DNA of 53,319 nucleotides. Origin: a virus. Lineage: Duplodnaviria; Caudoviricetes. Position numbers and translations under genes: made by a program. A model generated the notes under the pieces. The model ran no database searches, was not told where the DNA came from, and saw nothing but the letters and a program-made list of their open reading frames with translations. Below, piece after piece: positions 45,924-53,319 of the stretch. Positions within the stretch are counted from its first letter, which is position 1. Every line of letters begins with the position of its first letter. The stretch lies in IMG/VR virus record IMGVR_UViG_3300030106_001611, positions 1 through 53,319 of that record. One strand, given 5' to 3'.

Positions 45924-46287
45924 TTTTAAACCACTCCTCTGGCACACCCCCCTCTGACCAAGGAAACCCGTGTCGATTTGCCCAATCTGCGTAGCTGGTT
46001 TTACTGCCTCTGTATATCTTGTTTTGTGCCCTTACAAATACAAATCGTATATCTAAATCAGGGTACTGCTCTTTTATAAGCTGCATCTTTACCCTGTCTC
46101 CTTTATCAAGATGGCCCTTGGCTTCAATGTATATATCTTGTTCAGGAAGATAAAAGTCCGGCACGTAAGTTCGCGGCTTTGGTATGTAAGTTAATTTCTT
46201 TTTTTCATACTCAAAAGCAACTTTCTTATTAGCCAAAGACCTAGCCAAGCCTATTTCAAACTGCGACCTGTATTTTGTTCCTCTCAT
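45913..46287 (-). CDS. Endonuclease I-like Holliday junction resolvase (T7 gp3-like)
   Basis: YRSQFE, YE, YVPDF, IEAKG, DIRFVF. Confidence 0.85.
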   Translation of the reverse strand: MRGTKYRSQFEIGLARSLANKKVAFEYEKKKLTYIPKPRTYVPDFYLPEQDIYIEAKGHLDKGDRVKMQLIKEQYPDLDIRFVFVRAQNKIYRGSKTSYADWANRHGFPWSEGGVPEEWFKNDD

Positions 46288-46679
46288 AATCCTTGCAACG
46301 GAAACCCCGCCTTCACCCCTTCTAGCCTTTTTAATAGATACTGTTCTACTTTTGGTGATAATCTTTTTAAGTTGTCTAACTGCTGTGATATTTTTAGTGT
46401 CGGCAGACAAACGGTAACCCCCTGACGCAAGTTGTGAACAATATTTTGAAATTGAAGTTCTATAAGTTGTATATCTCTATACTCTGTTTCAGATTTAAGA
46501 GAGCCTTCCGTCGAAAAATTATCTACTAATGTTAGCGGCAGGGCTATTTCTAAATTTCTCAATCTAACAGTAGAGCGACCACCCCCACGGCACTCATGTG
46601 ATTCGACGAACACGCATCGTAATTCTGGATTTAATTCAAACAGTTCGTGAGGGTAGTCTCTCGTGTATATAATAGGCAT
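46284..46679 (-). CDS. Hypothetical protein
   Basis: Coupled to both neighbours. Confidence 0.65.
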   Translation of the reverse strand: MPIIYTRDYPHELFELNPELRCVFVESHECRGGGRSTVRLRNLEIALPLTLVDNFSTEGSLKSETEYRDIQLIELQFQNIVHNLRQGVTVCLPTLKISQQLDNLKRLSPKVEQYLLKRLEGVKAGFPLQGL

Positions 46680-47575
46680 CAGGCCACATCCCGTTTCACA
46701 AGCTTTGTGTACCACACATGAGGCTTAAAACGTGCCTTTGATGTAACCTTGGGTGCATATACGGCATTCTTCCAACACATGCTTTTGAAAGAACAGAACG
46801 AACAAGTTTTAGGCATGAGACGATTGCCCGTTTCTACCTTCTGCTTATCTATGGTAGTATACTCAGGCTCAGATTGAAATGGCACCTTGAAGGGGACATC
46901 TTCTGTGAGAGCCTTCACTCGTTTGTTTGCATCTGCAAGATATGCCTTGCGGTCTTCACTCTGTTCCTCTGGAGCTTCAACAAAATCCCATTCTCCATTA
47001 GATTTGTTAATTACAATCCAACCGCCGAATCGTTTGTTTTCCGATTCACCATACAGGTGTCCTTGCATAATATAACCAAAGGGGTCGTCCTCTTTAATTA
47101 CATCGTAACCGCCCCTGCCGGAGAACTTATTTTCAAATGACCACGGGCTTGCTGTTTTAATATCCCATACCTCTTCCTTACCATCCGTTTCCAGAATCAA
47201 ATCCAAGGTTCCCCTGACAGTCTCCCCGCCAAGTTCTAAGGTGCATTCTTTTTGTTCGTCAACAACATTTAGTCCAGCCGCTTTCATAACAAGAATAGCG
47301 AATGCTTCTAACAAGTCCCCCGTTGCGAACCTGACTATATCGTTGTATGCGACATCCTGTTTGTGTCCTTGCTTCTCTAGTTGCTGTTGGCACAAGGGAC
47401 GACCCACACCCGACATACGAATACGGTAGTCACCACGATTAGAAAATTGCTTACGCATAGCAGCTTTGCAATCTTCCCCAAACTGCTCTATCAAAGGTTC
47501 AAGGCGGGAAGAGTCTATCTCCCCCCGCCCTGCTCTCTGTAAGAAGTTTTGAACTTCAATGAGAGGTAGCATCAT
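46679..47575 (-). CDS. PD-(D/E)xK exonuclease (RecB/Cas4-like)
   Basis: RMSGVGRPLC, GTLD, WDIKT, YIMQ..LY, CSFCSFK..C. Confidence 0.8.
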   Translation of the reverse strand: MMLPLIEVQNFLQRAGRGEIDSSRLEPLIEQFGEDCKAAMRKQFSNRGDYRIRMSGVGRPLCQQQLEKQGHKQDVAYNDIVRFATGDLLEAFAILVMKAAGLNVVDEQKECTLELGGETVRGTLDLILETDGKEEVWDIKTASPWSFENKFSGRGGYDVIKEDDPFGYIMQGHLYGESENKRFGGWIVINKSNGEWDFVEAPEEQSEDRKAYLADANKRVKALTEDVPFKVPFQSEPEYTTIDKQKVETGNRLMPKTCSFCSFKSMCWKNAVYAPKVTSKARFKPHVWYTKLVKRDVA

Positions 47576-48444
47576 TAACCAGCCAATGGCACATCACTTA
47601 GACGAGCCGATAGGTTAATGTCCTCTGCAGTCGCCGTAGCTTTTTGTGCAGCCTTATACTCTGCAAAGACTGCTTCGTTTGACCCCTTCACTGTTTCGTG
47701 AAACTTCTTGGACAGGGCTTTCTCATCATCACCATAGGATGCTTCTTTTACAAACGCAAGATTCGGCACCCAATATATCACACCACCATTCTTTTTCTTT
47801 TCGGTGGTTAGCTCAATAACGCTCTTGTGCATCAAAACCTTTTTAACAGTCAAATCATGCTGGATAAAATTTGACACGGGAATGAAACCAGAACCTTTGA
47901 AGTATGCCACGAACGGCATGTTCTCTACAGGTGCCGCATCACCCCCAGCATAAGTAGCTGTGGCAGCATTAAGAATCCCGTAAATAACCTGATTACACTT
48001 TACTGATTTACTAAGTAGTGCTCGTGGGTCGTCTTGACTCATTGCATCAACTTCCTCTTTGGAGAGGCGACCACACTTGTTCCCCCCAGTGCTATCGGGA
48101 AATTCACCAGCAAGTTTTGGTTTTTGAATTGACTTAGACGAAAACTTACCTTCCTCTTGGTCCCACACAGACCATTCATACATGCGAAGAAGAGGTTGCA
48201 TCTGGACAGCATCTGCATAAACCATAGCCTTGCCATTCCAAACACTCCATGTGCCCCGCTTTAAAGGAACGCCATCGTCCGTTTCTTCTTTGTAATTAAT
48301 GTTCAAACGAGGAAGCCCCATTTGAGGTTTGCTGTTACTATCTGCCTGCCCAGTTATCTGCATAATGGCTTGGTCATCATCACCATCCATAGCAATCATC
48401 ATAGCATCTAGCTCATCACTAATAGTTTGTATTTCAGTACCCAT
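47575..48444 (-). CDS. Putative single-stranded DNA-binding protein
   Basis: Position between polymerase and exonuclease; aromatic/beta-rich; function inferred. Confidence 0.5.
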   Translation of the reverse strand: MGTEIQTISDELDAMMIAMDGDDDQAIMQITGQADSNSKPQMGLPRLNINYKEETDDGVPLKRGTWSVWNGKAMVYADAVQMQPLLRMYEWSVWDQEEGKFSSKSIQKPKLAGEFPDSTGGNKCGRLSKEEVDAMSQDDPRALLSKSVKCNQVIYGILNAATATYAGGDAAPVENMPFVAYFKGSGFIPVSNFIQHDLTVKKVLMHKSVIELTTEKKKNGGVIYWVPNLAFVKEASYGDDEKALSKKFHETVKGSNEAVFAEYKAAQKATATAEDINLSARLSDVPLAG

Positions 48445-48485
48445 AATTTTCATATTCCTTTTTAATAAGGGTTAACGTAAATGGA

Positions 48486-50030
48486 TTATACAGTAAGCAC
48501 TTCTTCCAAGTCAAGCCAATTTTTACCTATTTTTAATTCTATTCCAATTGGCATGTCATATTCCACACCATAACGGTTTTGAGTCTCTGTGGGTAGAGAC
48601 AGCATAGCATCTGATAAAAGATTGATACAAGCGTCTTTTTCATCAGGGTGAACATCTAGTACAATCGAATCATGCACAGTGTTGCAGATTACGGAATTTA
48701 ATTTTCTCCGACGCATCATCTTCTCTAAACGAACCAGAGCCATTGGCAGTAGGTCTGCGGTTGCAAACCCCTGAACTGGGTAGTTACATATAGCCGTCCT
48801 GTCAGTAGCAGTACCCCACTCTGTCCATCTAGCTTTAGGAAAAGCATACTGTCTGCCAGAAGGCAGTTGTATATACTTCTTAATCACTGCATCTTTTTGC
48901 AACCGCTCGTGCCACTTTGTAACCTGATTATACTTTTCTTTGAAAGCATTGTAATAACGCTTCTGGTCTTCCGTGCCAGACACGCCGCCATAGAGTGGTT
49001 TGAACGTATGCGCTTTGGCATCTTGCCGCGAACATCCGATAATACTGGCAGTATAGTTGTGAACATCTGTACCCTCTTCTACATCTTTACGTATAGCATC
49101 GTCACCTGCAAGAAACCCAGCAACCCGAAACTCTAGTTGTGAGTAGTCCCCTTCAAGTATGAAACCCCCCTCGAACCTACTTTCAACAGCCTTTCGTATA
49201 ATGAAGGTAGAGCCTCGTGGCATATTCTGAAAGTTAGGATTGCGAGACGAAAGACGACCCGTCGCCGTAACACACTGCATAAATTCTGTGTGGATGAAGC
49301 CCTCTGCGTCCATGTTGTTTTCCATACCCTCAACAAACGAACGAAGATAAGTTCGAACCGCACTATATCTGATGTAGGCTTCCGCAAACTCACGAGCTTC
49401 TCCTCTCAATGACGTGAACATACTTTCTAGCGTTTCTTTATCTGTCTTAAATCCTGCAGCCGCCACGTCATAAGGGTCGCGGGGAATTAGTTTGAAGCCT
49501 GCAACTTGATTGCTAGGTATATAGAGCACACCAGCCCCCTGACAGGTCTTACAGATTCGAATAGCCTTACCTAGTGTCCCGTCCTTCTTACGCGCTGTGT
49601 AGCGTCCTACGCCGCCGCAATTAGTGCACTGACTACCTTTGGTCTTATAAAGAACTTCAGTCTCATTGACAACGGTTCGTCGAAAGTCCGCACGACTCAT
49701 GCGGGTTCGTCTCTTGGGTTTCTTTCCTGCACCACGAATCTCATGCCCTAAATTAAATATGCCAGCCCACCTGTTTTTGCTGTGCACTTTGCAAGAATAG
49801 AATAGTTTGGAGCGGTCATCCGGGCTATCTAGGTTGATAGGGGTGTCTCCCATAGCTTCAGCAGCCAACCCATTTAGTCGTCGTTCCAAAGTAAATAGTT
49901 CATCTTCATACTCTCGCCGTATATCAGCAAGGGTCTGCTTATTTATCTTGATACCATCCCGTTCAATACGGGACAGGACATCAACCATTTCAAGTGATAG
50001 TCTTAATGTCGGTAGCAAAGTCCGCTGCAT
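48486..50030 (-). CDS. polA: DNA polymerase family A, polymerase part with DnaJ-type Zn-finger insert
   Basis: TGRLSS, motif A DYSQLEFR, motif B AKAHTFKPLYG, motif C VHDS; CTNCGGVG and CKTCQGAG; GAGGA RBS before ATG 50030. Confidence 0.9.
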   Translation of the reverse strand: MQRTLLPTLRLSLEMVDVLSRIERDGIKINKQTLADIRREYEDELFTLERRLNGLAAEAMGDTPINLDSPDDRSKLFYSCKVHSKNRWAGIFNLGHEIRGAGKKPKRRTRMSRADFRRTVVNETEVLYKTKGSQCTNCGGVGRYTARKKDGTLGKAIRICKTCQGAGVLYIPSNQVAGFKLIPRDPYDVAAAGFKTDKETLESMFTSLRGEAREFAEAYIRYSAVRTYLRSFVEGMENNMDAEGFIHTEFMQCVTATGRLSSRNPNFQNMPRGSTFIIRKAVESRFEGGFILEGDYSQLEFRVAGFLAGDDAIRKDVEEGTDVHNYTASIIGCSRQDAKAHTFKPLYGGVSGTEDQKRYYNAFKEKYNQVTKWHERLQKDAVIKKYIQLPSGRQYAFPKARWTEWGTATDRTAICNYPVQGFATADLLPMALVRLEKMMRRRKLNSVICNTVHDSIVLDVHPDEKDACINLLSDAMLSLPTETQNRYGVEYDMPIGIELKIGKNWLDLEEVLTV

Positions 50031-50574
50031 TGTGTAATTCCTCAAATGTAGTGCCAAAGGCGTGAAGCTGCTTACATGCAATTTGTTCAGTAGCAAGCAC
50101 GTCAGCCCGTCCATACTCGTCTACTATTCCCCACGGTATGTCGTAGAATGTCTTCCCCTCTTTAAGATACGGCGCAACGAGGTCCTTCTCCTTTTTGGTA
50201 ACGTCATACTTTTCTGCAAGAGCAGCAAGTCCAAGAGGCCAACGCTGCGCTTTGGATAAAACATATTCAGCCACCATCGTATCGTAGACATCACCATCAT
50301 AAACAAATCCACACTCCCGTATCCAAGATAAATCAAACTTTATGTTTTGTCCCACGACCATATCAGCTTCGTCAAGTGCAGATTGAAATAGCTCAAAAGC
50401 AAAGTCGTGAGGCTGTTTCTCAGAATGATAATAGCAATGGTACATAATCGTATTCATGTGCAACCACTTGTAACCTATTGAAACTAAAGAGTTTCCAAAG
50501 TATGGCAAAGCGGTTGTCGAACCATTAGGCTTATGTTTGTGGGTAGTTTCCACATCAAAGGTAAGTACGTTCAT
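49990..50574 (-). CDS. Stand-alone 3'-5' exonuclease domain of polA
   Basis: ExoI DVET, ExoII NIKFD, DTM, ExoIII YGRAD; TGATG coupling to the helicase. Confidence 0.85.
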   Translation of the reverse strand: MNVLTFDVETTHKHKPNGSTTALPYFGNSLVSIGYKWLHMNTIMYHCYYHSEKQPHDFAFELFQSALDEADMVVGQNIKFDLSWIRECGFVYDGDVYDTMVAEYVLSKAQRWPLGLAALAEKYDVTKKEKDLVAPYLKEGKTFYDIPWGIVDEYGRADVLATEQIACKQLHAFGTTFEELHNAADFATDIKTIT

Positions 50575-51815
50575 CAGTAGTACACCCCCCTCTGTATATC
50601 TATGTGACTGTTGAACATACCGTGCCACCCATTTAGTTTGTTTTTAGAAATACAAATGTGCCGCGTGGTGTTCTCTTCTTCTGATGTGCCTGTCTTGCCT
50701 ATACCTATGATAACGTCTGCTTCACCCGCCTTTCCTGTTCGCGAACCATCCAACATAGCATAGTCAATAAATTGACGGTCGTGAGCTTCAAAACTGGCTT
50801 GGCTGACAGACCACACTAACAACTTATTACGCTTGGCAATCTCTCGTGCAACAACATAAGTTTCTTTTAGGCGTTCATCACCACGGTTGAACTCCCCCGC
50901 AACTTTGAATTTGTCCAACTGGTCACAGAACATAACATCTGGTTCGTTTAACTGAGCATACTCGTTTAGTTCATCCATAGATGTGCCAACCGAATCCATG
51001 ACAACTAAGTAAGGTTCTATTTCTTGCTGGTAACGAAGAGACAAGGCATCTGCACCAGAGTCCATCTCTTCACGAGTGAACCCGAAAAAACTCTGTATTA
51101 TCCGTATCTTAATCTTCTCTGCTGGCTCCTCGTTAGCCCAGTATACAACCTTCTTCTTTTGCTTCACATAGCTAGCAGCAATAAAGGCGCAGAAAGTTGT
51201 CTTACCGACCTCTGGACGTGCAAAGATTATACCTAAGTTACCTCTATCCATACCCGCTAGATGTTCGCTTAGTAAGTCCCAAGTAAATGGGAAATCGGGT
51301 TCTCCAGTCTCATCTTCCATGAGTTGAGCAAAGTCTTTAGTTACTTCTGTGTAAGTAGTTTTGTCGGACATCCGACCGTCTTCTACCATATCAATTAAAG
51401 TCTTTAACTCCCCGAAGTGTTCTGATTCGCCAGTAAATATCGCGATGGCTTTCTCACCAATTTGTCTGGCACGGTCACGAACCCAAAAGTTGCGTACAAC
51501 ATCCGACTCCAACTCTTGTGTATCGGACATATGTGTGGATAGTTTATCTACAATATCGTATAGTTCCTGCATTGTTGACGCAGGTGTTGCAGGATTACGG
51601 TCAGCCATCACTGCCGCCAGTTGTCTGGGGTGCATCGTAACAGCGTATTTCCTATGCCCATACGTAATCGCATCGAAGATAGTGGTGTACCTACCCTCGA
51701 ACATATCCCGTGTTATGATGTTCTTTACGCTATTGTAGAAATCGTGGTTTAGTAGGAAACCAAGAACCTGTATCTCAATCGAGATACTTTTCGAATGTTC
51801 GTTTTCGTTCATCAT
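50574..51815 (-). CDS. Replicative SF4 (DnaB-like) helicase
   Basis: ARPEVGKT, NEE, CDQLD, SQA, ADVIIGI, KNK. Confidence 0.9.
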   Translation of the reverse strand: MMNENEHSKSISIEIQVLGFLLNHDFYNSVKNIITRDMFEGRYTTIFDAITYGHRKYAVTMHPRQLAAVMADRNPATPASTMQELYDIVDKLSTHMSDTQELESDVVRNFWVRDRARQIGEKAIAIFTGESEHFGELKTLIDMVEDGRMSDKTTYTEVTKDFAQLMEDETGEPDFPFTWDLLSEHLAGMDRGNLGIIFARPEVGKTTFCAFIAASYVKQKKKVVYWANEEPAEKIKIRIIQSFFGFTREEMDSGADALSLRYQQEIEPYLVVMDSVGTSMDELNEYAQLNEPDVMFCDQLDKFKVAGEFNRGDERLKETYVVAREIAKRNKLLVWSVSQASFEAHDRQFIDYAMLDGSRTGKAGEADVIIGIGKTGTSEEENTTRHICISKNKLNGWHGMFNSHIDIQRGVYY

Positions 51816-52569
51816 CTGACATATCTTTCACATCTTTGTTCAAAACAACTAAGCTTGTTGGCCTATGGGCCTGCAGTTGCCTGACAAGTTGCAACGCTTT
51901 CTTGGTTGCATCTTTATCCAAGGCAACAACTAATCTATCATATCTCCGTAAAAACGGCAAGTGACTGTCCTGTAAGTTTGTTCCCAGCAGGGCTATGCCC
52001 GACAAATAATCAGAAATACAACAAGCACTAGCACAATCTTCCAAAATAACTCCCACGGCTCCGTCACCGCAGGTAAAAGGACTACCTGAGTTAGCATATC
52101 TCCACCACTTTGGTTTGGTGTTAGTTAAACTACGACCCGCCGCATCAACAGTGTTACGCCCGTCCTTAATTAGATAGACAACACGATTCATGCGAAAGTC
52201 ATACCGAATATCAACACGCCCTGCAAGGTACGCATCGTAAGCATTAACCCGCTTGACATAAGATTCAGCAACGGGTTCACGAGAGAGAGCCACAAAAGTT
52301 TCTGGTAATTCAAAGGTTTGGTCTACATCAGGTTCGCGAACTGGTTGCATCTTTCTTAGTAAAGGATGATAGGGAGCATCTTTACGAACCCTAAATCCTG
52401 TTCTCCCGCGAACATTACAGTCCGCATGAAAACAAAACCACAGACGTTCCCCGCCCGTGTCGCTTACACTGAATGTGTTTTTCTTACCACACGCAGGGCA
52501 GTTCATCCGTAGACGACCTTCTGGTGCAATAGACAAACCTTCTACATATTCTTTCAACCACGCTGTCAT
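51775..52569 (-). CDS. DNA primase
   Basis: CPAC...CFHADC Zn domain; TOPRIM LED, LLGT, LDKD, KD. Confidence 0.85.
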   Translation of the reverse strand: MTAWLKEYVEGLSIAPEGRLRMNCPACGKKNTFSVSDTGGERLWFCFHADCNVRGRTGFRVRKDAPYHPLLRKMQPVREPDVDQTFELPETFVALSREPVAESYVKRVNAYDAYLAGRVDIRYDFRMNRVVYLIKDGRNTVDAAGRSLTNTKPKWWRYANSGSPFTCGDGAVGVILEDCASACCISDYLSGIALLGTNLQDSHLPFLRRYDRLVVALDKDATKKALQLVRQLQAHRPTSLVVLNKDVKDMSDDERKRTFEKYLD

Positions 52570-52590
52570 TGGCGTTCTCCTGTGTGACGA

Positions 52591-52649
52591 CAAATACGCC
52601 ACGACAAAATCAGTGTCAACTAAAATTTTTACTTGACGAACTGTTGACA
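52591..52649. promoter_or_regulatory. Divergent promoter region (replication vs early operon)
   Basis: Minus-strand TTGACA-17-TATTTG; plus-strand TTGACG and TTGACA; GTCAA-N13-TTGAC palindrome. Confidence 0.55.
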
Positions 52650-52694
52650 GGCATGATACCCAATACGAACAGTAACCCTTTAGGTAGCTATAAA

Positions 52695-52841
52695 ATGAAG
52701 ATAACTCCTATAAATCAATATGCTAAGTTACTTAGAGATAGACAGTACAAAAACAGAATTGTACCTGACAAGAGAAAAAGTAAATTAAATAAACTTGCAA
52801 AGAAGGAAATGAAGGATGGCAAGACCCGCCAAGATACCTGA
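52695..52841 (+). CDS. Small basic protein (48 aa)
   Basis: AGGT RBS; NQYAKLL...RIVPDKRK. Confidence 0.6.
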   Translation: MKITPINQYAKLLRDRQYKNRIVPDKRKSKLNKLAKKEMKDGKTRQDT

Positions 52842-53049
52842 ACCAACTAAGACATACAGTCTGCTGTTATCTGTCGAACAATATGACAGATTAGCAGAAC
52901 ACGCCAAGAAACTTGACAAAAAGAGTTACGAACAGGTCAGTGTTGGTGACCTAATCCGTGACGGGATTGAGCTATATCTTGAGGCATTAGATGACAATGA
53001 ATATTATCCAGAGGGACAAGATGAACTCTTTGAAAACGAAAAAGCTTGA
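52816..53049 (+). CDS. Ribbon-helix-helix DNA-binding protein
   Basis: TYSLLLSVEQYDRL...SVGDLIRDGIELYL. Confidence 0.7.
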   Translation: MARPAKIPEPTKTYSLLLSVEQYDRLAEHAKKLDKKSYEQVSVGDLIRDGIELYLEALDDNEYYPEGQDELFENEKA

Positions 53050-53275
53050 AATAGAAATTGTGGAACGGCCTGACTATAAGTGGGCATTGGTTGTTCCAGC
53101 ATCATCTGTTCGAATCGGGGAAACAGACCGCGAATTGGTGAAGAAGAAAGATTGCGTAGATTATCTACGGCACGTCACCCTGTTCGTTGCAAAAAGTCGA
53201 TGGGATTGTAAAATGTGGCTTGACAGGAACAAACAGGCGGTGCTAAAACTGGGGATACCTTACGAGGTGTCGTGA
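53021..53275 (+). CDS. Hypothetical protein
   Basis: GAGG RBS; followed by the terminator across the junction. Confidence 0.65.
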   Translation: MNSLKTKKLEIEIVERPDYKWALVVPASSVRIGETDRELVKKKDCVDYLRHVTLFVAKSRWDCKMWLDRNKQAVLKLGIPYEVS

Positions 53276-53319
53276 GGTTGTTTCGTTCGTTGGTTGAGGA
53301 GCGGGGTTGGATTCATTTC
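53240..53319. repeat. 80-bp terminal direct repeat, right copy
   Basis: Matches 1-80 with one mismatch. Confidence 0.95.

Noticed and set aside
46679-47575. Cas4-like nuclease as part of a CRISPR system
   Set aside because: No repeat-spacer array or other cas genes; such nucleases are routine in phage replication modules.
48461-48476. CtrA box
   Set aside because: Spacing is TTAA-N6-TTAA rather than N7, and it is an isolated instance.
53240-53319. 80-bp end repeat as a biological terminal repeat
   Set aside because: It starts inside a gene and ends inside a terminator, as expected for a circular assembly overlap; the mismatch may be population variation or error.

Overview
The window is an apparently complete, circularly assembled ~53.2 kb genome of a marine podovirus; bases 1-80 repeat at 53240-53319 with one mismatch. 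It looks like an HMO-2011-type phage: family A polymerase with a DnaJ-type CxxCxGxG insert, class II RNR, an msmA-like gene and no RNA polymerase. The host is probably a SAR116/alphaproteobacterium (inference). Layout: rightward early genes (52695 across the junction to 4705), a non-coding control or terminus region (4787-5400), a rightward packaging, capsid, lysis, tail and ejection block (5405-42525), and a leftward replication block (52569-42528). Most notable: (1) an 851-aa protein between terL and portal with a tyrosine-recombinase catalytic domain and short motifs shared with other probable virion proteins; (2) genome-wide loss of GATC and CCWGG, plus loss of GCWGC only in a ~7.8 kb early segment; (3) a ~90-nt promoter- and terminator-bounded small RNA divergent from the terminase operon; (4) three copies of one internal-loop RNA motif at the scaffold gene; (5) a polA split into two genes; (6) an MsmA homolog lacking the Rieske ligands. 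All calls come from reading motifs by eye; no searches were run.
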